Part shown: positions 16,892 through 25,887 of the stretch, piece after piece
Layout of the letters: every line of letters begins with the position of its first letter
Position numbering within the stretch: position 1 is the first letter of the stretch
DNA from: a virus
Lineage: Duplodnaviria; Heunggongvirae; Uroviricota; Caudoviricetes
Length of the DNA: 39,296 nucleotides
Reading direction: 5' to 3' (one strand)
Virus record (IMG/VR): IMGVR_UViG_2541047784_000014
Notes under the pieces: generated by a model
Told to the model about the DNA's origin: nothing
Seen by the model: only the letters and a program-made list of their open reading frames with translations
Databases searched by the model: none
Position numbers and translations under genes: made by a program

Positions 16892-19362
16892 CAGAATCCC
16901 CCAACAGTAAGGCGAGGAATAACGGCAAGAACAGACAGCGGCAACGGGTCAAGCTGACGGATTTTTACACGCCCGTTTTTGCCCCAGTTACTGTCCAGTT
17001 TCACTTCTACTTTTCCGGTAGCATCATCAACAGGATCATCGTAGAACTCGAATTCACGCTGTGGATATTCGTACCATTTACCGCCGGGCGTAGTCGCCCA
17101 GATGCCGCGACTGGCATTCACAACCAGAGTAACGGACGGGATCACCTGTTTTTTGTCCAGCAGCGTTTCCTGTCCGTTAATGTTGATATCCAGTGTTTCG
17201 AATTCAGCAGTTATTGGCAGGCCGATGTGCACAACAGCCCCCGGTGATTCCAGCGTGACGGCACCTCCGGAAACTACTTTCTGTGGTTCCACGTTCGCAT
17301 CAGAGAGGATGTTTACGGTCTGACCTTCAAGATGAGACAGGCCTCCAAATGTCCGGCGCGCCATCTGCCAGTTCGTGGTGGCCGCATTCCTGAGGGATGG
17401 CGGGACGTTCCTGTTAGCACGAACCACTACAGCGGTGTTGCTGGTTACAGAAATAATGTCGCAACGTAATTCTTTTGACACTTCATCGCCAGTATCAGGA
17501 TCAGTTCCGGTATAAGGGAACTGTAGTTGCGCACCGACATCACTACTGGTGAAGTACGCACCACCAGAAACACTGATTGTATATTCAGCGCGGTAATCCC
17601 ATTTGCCAGAACCACCAGTGATGGTCATCGTTCTGTCAGACGTATTTCTTCCATCATAGCTAAGGCCAGAATCAACAAAGAAAGCATCTTCATCGCTGGT
17701 AAATAAACGGCTGGACAGTCTCTCGATGTATCTCACTGTTTGCCCGTTAACGGTTCTGTTAACGACGAAATACACCGCATCTTCATTGCCTTCGCTGATA
17801 CTGCATGTGCTTTCATATTTTCCGGTACTGGATTGTGGTGCCCATGCAAAAACCTGCTGATCACGCAAATAGGTCATCACCAGTAATTTACCGTCATCAC
17901 GAATGCAGAAGGCACTGGAGTAAGGGACAATCGAGAAGCACCAGTCAACAATGCTGTGCTTCTGAAAAAGATGATTGGCAAGGATGGTCAGGTCGTTCCC
18001 CTGATAGCCGTCAACATCGAATGAGTAGGCCAGATCACGGACAACGCTGCCTTTCTCCTGGACGAACAGAGCAATATTCGCCACAGCAATTGGTGGGACG
18101 TTGCTTGAGCCATTTGATCCCTGAGAGCTGAATGCAAATGATGATGGGGTTAACACTTTGTTCTGGTCGCCAGTGATGACGTACTCACCTCCGGAAGTCA
18201 GCGCCACCAGCGAACCAACATCAATCAGGTGGCGGATCTCATTAACCTGACGCCCGGCATAGGTGTAGATAATTCTGTCGTCATCCTGCGTAGGATTGCT
18301 TTTGCCAAAATCCTTATAATCCCCGGTACGGCTGGCCCAGATAGTCTGAGGGAACGCGGTCGATGCGGCGAAGTAAAGACGTTGTTGATAATAAACAACA
18401 GTGCCAGGATAACCATTAACACTGTTCCAGGCATATTTAGCCCATTTATAGCTGGCATTATCCTCGCCAACTACCTGCGAAGGGATATAGGAAATCACCT
18501 CGGCAGTTGCAGTAGTTCCATTTGCAGCAGTGATACGGGCAATGCCAAAACCACTGTGCAGATACTCCCACTCAATGCCGGTATCATCATCACCGGATCC
18601 GCCCCAGCCATCCCATGATGTGCCTTCTGTATGCGAAGGGCGCAAAGTACCTGTTTTGCCTGCTGTAACGGCGCGATAGTAGTTACTGTCTGCACGGCGA
18701 ATATCGCCAATCGACGTACTCTTACTGGTTTCCCATACCGGCACTGAATCCACTGCAGGCTGTTCCAGATAGAACAATTTGCCTACCTGCTCCGCGCCAA
18801 AAATAGAGGCGCTTGCCGTTAACGTAATTGTCCCAGTGCTGGCGCTGGCATAAACCGTCACTGACTCGTCAATATTGATATCTTCAAATGGCCCGTTCTT
18901 CGTTACCACATCAACCAGTTGCCAGTTATCATGCGCATAGCGGCGCAACTCTTTCGGCGGGTATGCCGGGTGAACCAGCGTAAGCACGTCGGCGCTTTGC
19001 GTAAATTTAATTCGGAACAGATCAGCTTCAGTATATGGCGTGGCAATTTCATAAATAACATTGCTGCTGTTCAGCACCAACGCACCATCTTTGATAACGC
19101 GCATGTACTGGTGTCCGAACTCCAGAACATAGGTCTGAACAGTCGAGAACTGGAACGGGATCAGGCGGCATTTCCGATTTGGGTATTTGGCGGCACCAAC
19201 AAAACGCGTACCAGGTCGATTCTCAACGCCGCCATACTGCCGCACGATAAAGTTATCGCACTTGCGCAATGCCACCTGGTACTTCGCCATGTCGATACGA
19301 CCGTACAACGACGGTCCAATCTCACCACCGGCAAAGCTGGGCTGGATCCAACTGATAGCCAT
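16891..19362 (-). CDS. Tail tubular protein B-like (T7 gp12-like)
   Basis: 823 aa (T7 gp12 is about 794 aa); N-terminal motif SFAGGEI parallels the T7 gp12 N-terminus; directly follows the gp11-like gene. Confidence 0.75.
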   Translation of the reverse strand: MAISWIQPSFAGGEIGPSLYGRIDMAKYQVALRKCDNFIVRQYGGVENRPGTRFVGAAKYPNRKCRLIPFQFSTVQTYVLEFGHQYMRVIKDGALVLNSSNVIYEIATPYTEADLFRIKFTQSADVLTLVHPAYPPKELRRYAHDNWQLVDVVTKNGPFEDINIDESVTVYASASTGTITLTASASIFGAEQVGKLFYLEQPAVDSVPVWETSKSTSIGDIRRADSNYYRAVTAGKTGTLRPSHTEGTSWDGWGGSGDDDTGIEWEYLHSGFGIARITAANGTTATAEVISYIPSQVVGEDNASYKWAKYAWNSVNGYPGTVVYYQQRLYFAASTAFPQTIWASRTGDYKDFGKSNPTQDDDRIIYTYAGRQVNEIRHLIDVGSLVALTSGGEYVITGDQNKVLTPSSFAFSSQGSNGSSNVPPIAVANIALFVQEKGSVVRDLAYSFDVDGYQGNDLTILANHLFQKHSIVDWCFSIVPYSSAFCIRDDGKLLVMTYLRDQQVFAWAPQSSTGKYESTCSISEGNEDAVYFVVNRTVNGQTVRYIERLSSRLFTSDEDAFFVDSGLSYDGRNTSDRTMTITGGSGKWDYRAEYTISVSGGAYFTSSDVGAQLQFPYTGTDPDTGDEVSKELRCDIISVTSNTAVVVRANRNVPPSLRNAATTNWQMARRTFGGLSHLEGQTVNILSDANVEPQKVVSGGAVTLESPGAVVHIGLPITAEFETLDININGQETLLDKKQVIPSVTLVVNASRGIWATTPGGKWYEYPQREFEFYDDPVDDATGKVEVKLDSNWGKNGRVKIRQLDPLPLSVLAVIPRLTVGGF

Positions 19363-19967
19363 CAGGACAACCTCGCAATGGTAAACTCGTCAACCGGTGG
19401 CTGTGGTTCCTGTGATTCATTCTGGCTATGCGAACCAGCACTAAGAATCACGCGATTGTACATATTGAGGGAAAACGTACCGAGGTCTGCATTCCCAGTC
19501 AGCGCCATGTTAATAGCTGCCGCAAGACGCCAGGCCAGCGCCTCCATAAAAATGGCATCAAACATGTTCACATCTGTAACACGAGAGACATACTTGAGCC
19601 ATGCCTGCGGCTGGTCTGTGTAGATCAACTTTCCTGTTCCGTTGGCGTCTGCACCAACTTCGTACTGAACACGCATTGCTGCTGTTGGATTGCGTACACC
19701 AGGAAGCATAATTTCAGTAATGCGCAGACAATCGGACGGGTACTGGTATGCGTATTCCCAGTCTGGCGGCGGATTGTTCGTATCTGCAAGCGCCACGCGT
19801 TTGGTAGCAAAGTTCCAGTCAAAATCAGAAAGCACAGCATCACGGCAGGCCTCAAAGTGCAGCGAACATTCCCCCGCTTCCTTACTGGCTTCCGTCAGGC
19901 TGTTAATGCTGCGGCTGTTGCCAATATTGGACAGCGCACGATTACAGATCTCTACTACAGAGGCCAT
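19362..19967 (-). CDS. Tail tubular protein A-like (T7 gp11-like)
   Basis: 201 aa (T7 gp11 is about 196 aa); N-terminal ALSNIGNSRSINSL resembles the gp11 N-terminus. Confidence 0.7.
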   Translation of the reverse strand: MASVVEICNRALSNIGNSRSINSLTEASKEAGECSLHFEACRDAVLSDFDWNFATKRVALADTNNPPPDWEYAYQYPSDCLRITEIMLPGVRNPTAAMRVQYEVGADANGTGKLIYTDQPQAWLKYVSRVTDVNMFDAIFMEALAWRLAAAINMALTGNADLGTFSLNMYNRVILSAGSHSQNESQEPQPPVDEFTIARLS

Positions 19968-20290
19968 TACTCACCCCCATTGCCGTACAGAGTTTCAGCC
20001 GCTGATTTTTCTACATCCCCGGAAACAGGAGCGATCGCCATATCAGTGATCTGCAGATCGACGCTGCGATTAACACCATCGTCAGTTTCTCTGGCAGACA
20101 GGCCTCGAATAACAGCCTTTGCAGTTATCATCACTTCTGTTCCGACGCCCTGAGGTTGCGCCTTCAGCTTATTCAATGTGTCGTTATTAAGAGTGATGCA
20201 CAGCCCCCACGGGTATTCATCGCGAGTTCTGGTTTCTCCGCTCTCATCCTGGTAGCTGTCAGTGCCGGTTTTGAGGTTTACGAGTTCCAT
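19967..20290 (-). CDS. Hypothetical head/neck protein
   Basis: Start set at the ATG (MELVN...) preceded by AGGAG; the track start is a GTG two codons upstream. Confidence 0.55.
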   Translation of the reverse strand: MELVNLKTGTDSYQDESGETRTRDEYPWGLCITLNNDTLNKLKAQPQGVGTEVMITAKAVIRGLSARETDDGVNRSVDLQITDMAIAPVSGDVEKSAAETLYGNGGE

Positions 20291-20340
20291 ATACACTCCT
20301 GCAATAAAGGGGCCGAAGCCCCTTGTCTGATTCGCGAGGC

Positions 20341-20685
20341 TTACACGCCCAGTTCTTTACGCTTATCTGCGATCTTCTCGCGGAGCGTTTCGGCTTTGGC
20401 GTTATGGTGTGGCTTCTCGTTAAAGAGCAATTCGTACTCTTCACGGAGCTTATCCAGTTCACCATCATCTGACACATCGTTGATGATTTTGGTGCTGGTT
20501 GCTGCCATAGACACCTTTCCTGCTACCTTTGCTTTTGCCTGTCTGGCTGCATCGTTAACAGGTTCCAGTGCGCTACCAGGCTCACCTTCGTATTCGATTT
20601 CTGCCCCCTCCGGCCACAGTGTGTTATGGATATGAGAGAGGCGCAGAACGCGGTATCTTGGTTTCTCACCTGACATCGAAATCAC
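20341..20685 (-). CDS. Hypothetical head/neck protein
   Basis: 114-aa ORF in the capsid-to-tail interval, followed by an intercistronic hairpin (20307-20324). Confidence 0.55.
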   Translation of the reverse strand: MISMSGEKPRYRVLRLSHIHNTLWPEGAEIEYEGEPGSALEPVNDAARQAKAKVAGKVSMAATSTKIINDVSDDGELDKLREEYELLFNEKPHHNAKAETLREKIADKRKELGV

Positions 20686-20686
20686 C

Positions 20687-21124
20687 TTAACCAGTTACTT
20701 TTGAGCGGATCGGGTACGGCGTATTGGCATCAACATCAAGATTGATACCAGCAGTGAATTCGCCAGCCGTTAGTGGGCCAGTTGCGACGGAGTAGTTAAC
20801 ACGCAGATATCGCTGAACACCGGCAGGAACCTTTGCAGAAACAACTCGTTTACCTGCTGTCAGGGCGGTCTTTGCCAGTGCGCCACTATCATAAATAGTG
20901 GTCCATGAGCTGTTATTCTCACTCGTCTGCAACTGGATGTTTACAGTTGCATCACCGCTTGCCGCGGCGGCTGTGTTAACCAGCGCCCAAAACTCAAGCG
21001 GGTAACCCACGCCGATATCACGACATTTTCCGTCAATTGGACCGAGATCGATTACGTCAGTAGAAGCCGCGGTATTCGTAACCGCCTGAGCTTCGGAGAA
21101 CATCAACAGTTTGTCGGTGATCAT
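20687..21124 (-). CDS. Hypothetical capsid-associated protein (possible decoration protein)
   Basis: 145-aa Thr/Ala/Gly-rich ORF immediately after the capsid gene, GGAG before the ATG; decoration role is a positional guess. Confidence 0.55.
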   Translation of the reverse strand: MITDKLLMFSEAQAVTNTAASTDVIDLGPIDGKCRDIGVGYPLEFWALVNTAAAASGDATVNIQLQTSENNSSWTTIYDSGALAKTALTAGKRVVSAKVPAGVQRYLRVNYSVATGPLTAGEFTAGINLDVDANTPYPIRSKVTG

Positions 21125-21139
21125 CTTCTTTCTCCATTA

Positions 21140-21159
21140 GTGGGCCTGTTGCGGCCCAC
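21140..21159 (-). other. Intercistronic stem-loop downstream of the major capsid gene
   Basis: Hairpin GTGGGCC-tgttgc-GGCCCAC with no U-tract; sits between the capsid stop (21176) and the next start (21124). Confidence 0.45.
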
Positions 21160-21175
21160 AGGTTAATAACAGGCG

Positions 21176-22168
21176 TTACACCACGCGGGCTTCTGTTTCC
21201 AGAAGCGCATCAGTTTCACGAATTGGTACACCACGGAATGAAGTCCACCACTCGCCTTCTGTCTCTTTTACGCTGATCGCCAGAGATGTTTTCTCCAGAG
21301 ATTGCAGATCAAGAGCCTGGCCTACAGTGCGGTTCATGTAGAACACTGGGCGCCCCATGCCACGGTTTGGAATGCGATGCAGTGCTTTAACCATCAACTT
21401 CGCAATATTTGCGGCAGAGGAAGGTTCTGAAAGATTGCTGACATCGATGTTTGCAATGCGAACAACATAACGCCAGTCACGCAGAGCAAGTCCGTTGTCC
21501 CATTTGTAATGGGTGCGATAGCCTTCGTACTTGCCGCCATTAGCATCTTCCAGTGTCACCTGGCCTTTATCTTCCATCTGGATGCCAGCCTTCTGCCCTT
21601 TCGGGAAGATGCCATGCACGGTGTTTTCGCCCCACACCACTAACCAGATTGAGGTGTTATCTGTACCCGTGCCACCAGCATCAATGATGTTCTGAGCATT
21701 ACCCGCAGACAGGCTGGAATAGCGGGAGGACAGTCCCATAAACTGCTGAGGGTTAACGCTGGAATCACCATAAAACAGCGTCTGCGCCATCTGCTGATTC
21801 ATCGCTTCAATAAATGCGCGGTCTTCAGACAGGCGGAATTCAGCGGTATTGCCGTTCAGATCAGCCAGTGACTTATCGACTTCAGCATAGGTTTCCAGCA
21901 TGCCAACGGAATCGGTTACCTGCACTGTGGTTGATTTGCTTGGCTGTACGCCATAGTTCAGCAAACGCCAGGTAGCTGAAGGTAAACCAGAACGAATGGT
22001 GGTTCGGTGTCCGGTAGGAAGGTTCCCTTCGACAAAAGGCATATCCTGAAGGATCGGGTTAGTTTGACCGAGAAGCTCGATAATCTTATCGACTTTCCCG
22101 TTTGGATCGACGCGCTTACCCCAGTCAGCCAGCGTTAGCGCAGTTAAGCCTTTAACAGCCATTGTCAT
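21176..22168 (-). CDS. Major capsid protein
   Basis: 330 aa (T7 gp10A is about 345 aa); follows the scaffold gene; RBS GAGAGG. Confidence 0.8.
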   Translation of the reverse strand: MTMAVKGLTALTLADWGKRVDPNGKVDKIIELLGQTNPILQDMPFVEGNLPTGHRTTIRSGLPSATWRLLNYGVQPSKSTTVQVTDSVGMLETYAEVDKSLADLNGNTAEFRLSEDRAFIEAMNQQMAQTLFYGDSSVNPQQFMGLSSRYSSLSAGNAQNIIDAGGTGTDNTSIWLVVWGENTVHGIFPKGQKAGIQMEDKGQVTLEDANGGKYEGYRTHYKWDNGLALRDWRYVVRIANIDVSNLSEPSSAANIAKLMVKALHRIPNRGMGRPVFYMNRTVGQALDLQSLEKTSLAISVKETEGEWWTSFRGVPIRETDALLETEARVV

Positions 22169-22176
22169 TTCCTCTC

Positions 22177-22878
22177 TTATTTGCCATAGAGCACTTCGGC
22201 CGCACTACGCTGGCCTTCATTACCACCGGTGACCATGCCATCTTCAGACATCGCCTTTCCGATTTTCACGAACGTTTTGACCAGATCAGGGTGATTACCC
22301 AGCCCGGTGGTGTTCAGATATTCTTTGAGTTCAGGTGTCCCGAACTGGTCAAGCGCACGCTGTGCGGCGCTAAGGTTAGAAATCAACTTGTCGCCACCGA
22401 TTTCTTTGTCAGCTTTTACATCCGCAGCCCACTGCTCGGTTGTTTTCTGCCAGGCTTCTGCCTGGCGCTGCTGAACACCTGCCAGAATCTTCGGATAAGC
22501 ATCAACCAGCTTTTGCGCTTGCTCGTTGGTCAGGTTAAGTTCTCGCGCCACCGGCTCGAATTCCTTCAACGCTTCTGTATCCAGCTCTACGCCTTCGGCA
22601 GCCTGAAACTCGTACTTCTCAGGCGCACCCTCTGGTTTATCGCCGTCCTTTTTTTCATCCTGCTTATCGTTTTCAGGCTTTTTGTCATCAGCAGGTTTAT
22701 CGCCATCAGCAACAGGTTGTGGCTTATCACCTTCCTGTTGTGATGGATCACCAACTGGAGCAGGGTTATCACCTGCAGGCGCTGACGGTTCTGACGCAGC
22801 CGGAGCTGCTCCACCATCGACTGGTTGCTCATTGCAAAGACGGCGATACAGCAAACGCTCAAATAAATTCATGATCAC
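22177..22878 (-). CDS. Scaffolding protein
   Basis: Acidic, Ala/Pro/Lys/Asp-rich low-complexity N-terminal half with a helical C-terminal half; located between portal and capsid genes. Confidence 0.7.
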   Translation of the reverse strand: MIMNLFERLLYRRLCNEQPVDGGAAPAASEPSAPAGDNPAPVGDPSQQEGDKPQPVADGDKPADDKKPENDKQDEKKDGDKPEGAPEKYEFQAAEGVELDTEALKEFEPVARELNLTNEQAQKLVDAYPKILAGVQQRQAEAWQKTTEQWAADVKADKEIGGDKLISNLSAAQRALDQFGTPELKEYLNTTGLGNHPDLVKTFVKIGKAMSEDGMVTGGNEGQRSAAEVLYGK

Positions 22879-23171
22879 TCCTGTTCACTGGCCTCTTTGG
22901 CCATCTTCAAATACTGTTCAGGGCAATGCGCCATAACGCGCTGAAACAGTTCCAGCGCCAGATTGCGTTGCCCCTCATTAAATGCCATTGCCATAGCATC
23001 CATCGGAGAGATAGCGGAAAACACACGGCCTTTCTCCAGCACCGACCAGACAACGCGACGCCCCTGTTCACTGCTCATGACAAAGCGAATGTCATCAATT
23101 TCACGCTGTGCCATGTCACGTTGCTTACGGGCGTTTTCTTCTTTCAGTTGATCGTCTTCGTAATCTGTCAT
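22875..23171 (-). CDS. Hypothetical protein between portal and scaffold
   Basis: 98-aa ORF, start overlapping the portal stop (translational coupling). Confidence 0.55.
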   Translation of the reverse strand: MTDYEDDQLKEENARKQRDMAQREIDDIRFVMSSEQGRRVVWSVLEKGRVFSAISPMDAMAMAFNEGQRNLALELFQRVMAHCPEQYLKMAKEASEQE

Positions 23172-24847
23172 TGTGATTGCCCACCCTGACCACTAACTGC
23201 ATTCGCCATAGCTGACAAAACACTCGGATCCGAAGTTTTAGCTTCGCTTAGCGTCTTGGCACCCTGTGCCGCCGCCATCCCCATCGCCATCATTTGTTGC
23301 TGCTGTTGTTGCTGTGCCCGTTGCTGGCGAGCCTGCTCAACCTGTTCCTGCGGAACAATGACGGTTGGAGACACTCCGGACATATCAGCGAATGCATCGA
23401 TCGCCTGATCAACGTTGAGTTTGTCGAGAGCTTCTGGTTTCGCTTGCGCAAGTTGACCAATGAAGTTGACCGTAGACGCCAGACTGGACAGGCCGATAGA
23501 CTTCTGCGCCTGAGCCATGACGGAAATGTATTCGACCTTCAGGGGCATACCTTCCATCGCGTCAGGCGGTGGCGGCAGCATGTTTTTACGCACCATCATC
23601 GAGAAAGCGCGGTCAATGAGAGGATTAAGACATTCGTCGTTCAGACGCTCCAGAACCGGCCCCAACATCAGAAGTTTTTCTTCTTTCATTTCGATCACCG
23701 CTTCAACAGGCATCGAGCGGGTATTGATGTTCTGCAACATCATGAACAGATCGACAAAGTAGGCGCTGTTAATGATTTGACGAGTGTCCTGAATGTCTGC
23801 CACCAAATCTGCTGTACTGGGGTTAACCAGATAAGCAGGTCTGAAACCATCCTGACCAGTAATCTGATCGATATACGTGATGTCGCCAGGAAGAAGGGAG
23901 GCACGCTGATTCTTGAGGGAAGTCGGAGCAACCATCGGCGGATTGGTGGCTTTATCAATCAACTGCGACTTGCGCTTCTGGAGAAGCTGCAATGCCTTAA
24001 CAGGTCCAAGCGCCAGCATACCCGGGCATGATGATCCATAAACATCTTCGCCGTTAACTTCCCAGCGCGGAGCCATAATTGGAAACTCATCGAATCCGGA
24101 CTCACGCAACAACTTGTCGTTATCGCCACCAACCTCGTAATAAACCGATTTGAATGGCTTGTTCTTGCTATCCAGCTTCGATGTATCGCGGTCAATGTTC
24201 GGGTAAACCGAATGCATCACTTCGATCCACTTCTCGTAGGTGCCGCTTTCCCACATGCTTTTTACGGATTCGCTGACGTTATTTAGCCCGAACTCCTGAA
24301 CAAGCTGACGAACAGTCATAGAGAACTTGCGAAAACAGGTGTCAACACTGCCACGAGGTGAGTTAGCCAGGTAGTAACTGCCTATCGGGAATGGCATTGT
24401 GCGAATGATGTCCTCGTCATCCTCCAGCACTGCCATTGCACCAGTGCTGTATGTGCCGAGGCTTCCGTATAACTGCGGCAGCGACTGATAGAGATTCGAC
24501 TTATTGAACATATCGTTCATGCGGTTCTGCACCGCCTCAAGCCACAACTTAACAGGGCCATAATCCATCATTTCAGGATCTGGCGTAGCCAGGCGAAACC
24601 ACGGACGCGCGGGGCTTGTGATGCCTGACATCATGCCGCTGGCGAGAGTGCGCGCCGCCATAGTCCCGGTCGAATCAATAATGCGTGTATTGCGTCGATC
24701 GTTACGGTTGACCTCAGAAGTCAGAAAGCGGGAACCACGCGGGTTGATGTAATCACTCAACTCGCGCCAGTGCGGCTCGAACGACTGACGCTCGCTTTCA
24801 AGTTGTGCGAACTGTTTGTTCAATCGCTCTTTAGTTGTTTCCGCCAT
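23168..24847 (-). CDS. Portal (head-to-tail connector) protein, T7 gp8-like
   Basis: 559 aa; Gln/Ala/Met-rich C-terminal tail (QQQQQQQMMAMGMAAAQG) resembles the T7 gp8 C-terminus; RBS GGAGTCATTGAA. Confidence 0.85.
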   Translation of the reverse strand: MAETTKERLNKQFAQLESERQSFEPHWRELSDYINPRGSRFLTSEVNRNDRRNTRIIDSTGTMAARTLASGMMSGITSPARPWFRLATPDPEMMDYGPVKLWLEAVQNRMNDMFNKSNLYQSLPQLYGSLGTYSTGAMAVLEDDEDIIRTMPFPIGSYYLANSPRGSVDTCFRKFSMTVRQLVQEFGLNNVSESVKSMWESGTYEKWIEVMHSVYPNIDRDTSKLDSKNKPFKSVYYEVGGDNDKLLRESGFDEFPIMAPRWEVNGEDVYGSSCPGMLALGPVKALQLLQKRKSQLIDKATNPPMVAPTSLKNQRASLLPGDITYIDQITGQDGFRPAYLVNPSTADLVADIQDTRQIINSAYFVDLFMMLQNINTRSMPVEAVIEMKEEKLLMLGPVLERLNDECLNPLIDRAFSMMVRKNMLPPPPDAMEGMPLKVEYISVMAQAQKSIGLSSLASTVNFIGQLAQAKPEALDKLNVDQAIDAFADMSGVSPTVIVPQEQVEQARQQRAQQQQQQQMMAMGMAAAQGAKTLSEAKTSDPSVLSAMANAVSGQGGQSQ

Positions 24848-24861
24848 TTCAATGACTCCGG

Positions 24862-25068
24862 TTACTGACCAAGTAGCGTTTTACCGCTGGTATTAGCGGT
24901 TGATGTGTCGCCCTGAGAACCGGTAAGCAGCGTAGAACTACGACCAGCAGCAGCGCGACGGCGACGAGTTTCTTCGTCGCGGGCATCAACAACGGCGGCA
25001 TCCTGCTCCTGTGGTGCTGCCTGAACTTCTGGTGTTGCAGGCACTGATGGTGAGCTACCCATGCACAT
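24862..25068 (-). CDS. Hypothetical small protein (68 aa) upstream of portal
   Basis: ATG preceded by GGAGTCATTGAT, nearly identical to the portal initiation region; an overlapping alternative frame (24849-25088) is less likely. Confidence 0.4.
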   Translation of the reverse strand: MCMGSSPSVPATPEVQAAPQEQDAAVVDARDEETRRRRAAAGRSSTLLTGSQGDTSTANTSGKTLLGQ

Positions 25069-25157
25069 ATCAATGACTCCGTACGCAATTAAATTATTAC
25101 CAATTTAACCACATATGATTTATTTATCGTAGGTAGTTGACATTTAACGCACAAATT

Positions 25158-25174
25158 ATTACCTTTCAGGTAAC
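25158..25174. promoter_or_regulatory. Dyad operator-like site ATTACCTTTCAGGTAAC
   Basis: Near-identical to the 6176-6192 site; preceded by a TTGACA hexamer (25137-25142) and a shared AACCACATA element (25107-25115). Confidence 0.45.
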
Positions 25175-25494
25175 CAAAGAGTTCATTCCGGTTACTAACC
25201 TGACTGGCTTGTCGTTAAATTGAACAGGTGGAGTGAGCTTTTATTTTGAGCAGTACGGCGTATGGCACATGCGCCGATAGCGGTCTGGATACGTTTAAGG
25301 GGCACCCTCCCTTGCTCGGGCAACGAACCAGGTAGCCGGAATGTGCAAGTCGAGCGGTTTTATTCCGCGCACGGGGATTCACCATCCTGGCGATTCGGTG
25401 TGACGCCTCGGAAGAGACGAGGGTACAACGATGAGAGCATTTATGAAGCCGCGACAAAGTGTGGCGTCTTAACAGGCTAAGTGCTCTCAGCGTT

Positions 25495-25571
25495 GTGGCA
25501 TTAGCTCAGTTGGACAGAGCAACCGCCTTCTAAGCGGTTGGTCGCAGGTTCGAATCCTGCATGCCACGCCA
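25495..25571 (+). tRNA. tRNA-Arg, anticodon UCU
   Basis: Full cloverleaf: acceptor GTGGCAT/ATGCCAC, D-arm GCTC-AGTTGGACA-GAGC, anticodon stem ACCGC/GCGGT with loop CTTCTAA, T-arm GCAGG-TTCGAAT-CCTGC, discriminator G and encoded CCA; close to E. coli argU. Confidence 0.9.
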
Positions 25572-25614
25572 GAATCACGCCTAAGGACCGTGATGCCAGA
25601 AGTTCCAGGGGCTT

Positions 25615-25657
25615 GGCGGTGATGGTTTCCCTTGAAGGACTATCACCGCCCTTTTTA
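25615..25657 (+). terminator. Rho-independent terminator downstream of the tRNA
   Basis: 9-bp stem GGCGGTGAT/ATCACCGCC with a large loop, followed by CTTTTT. Confidence 0.6.
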
Positions 25658-25734
25658 CAGCAGGACGCCATTGCGATGACTTCATGCTGTAAACCCGTAC
25701 AGCCACGGAAGGCAAAACTCATTGCTTCCAGTTC

Positions 25735-25758
25735 GCCCGGTTCGCCGGGCATTTTTTT
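25735..25758 (+). terminator. Rho-independent terminator
   Basis: Hairpin GCCCGG-ttcg-CCGGGC followed by seven T. Confidence 0.75.
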
Positions 25759-25801
25759 AAGGTGTGAATCATGAAATACGAATTCGATGGATTTTGATGT
25801 C

Positions 25802-25813
25802 GTGACATGTCAC
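25802..25813. repeat. 12-bp perfect palindrome GTGACATGTCAC (copy 2 of 3)
   Basis: Identical to copies at 8800-8811 and 28066-28077; followed 4 bp later by a terminator hairpin. Confidence 0.6.
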
Positions 25814-25817
25814 AAAC

Positions 25818-25844
25818 AGCCAGCCGATGAGCTGGCTTTGTTTT
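25818..25844 (+). terminator. Rho-independent terminator
   Basis: Hairpin AGCCAGC-cgatga-GCTGGCT followed by TTTGTTTT. Confidence 0.7.
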
Positions 25845-25887
25845 ATCCTCATCAGAGGATATCAACGATATTATCCCCTCAAGCGGA

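Noticed and set aside
19428-20153. Long plus-strand ORFs antisense to structural genes (e.g. 19428-20153, 18919-19623, 22162-22743, 23294-24031, 26624-27130, 29958-30749)
   Set aside because: Each lies entirely inside a well-supported minus-strand gene, lacks a ribosome-binding site and has low-complexity Arg/Ser/Pro-rich translations typical of antisense frames.
25262-25752. Track ORFs overlapping the tRNA and its flanks (25262-25480 plus, 25501-25752 minus, 25538-25774 plus)
   Set aside because: They overlap a canonical tRNA and terminator hairpins, lack ribosome-binding sites and have implausible composition; the region is better explained as RNA genes and structure.
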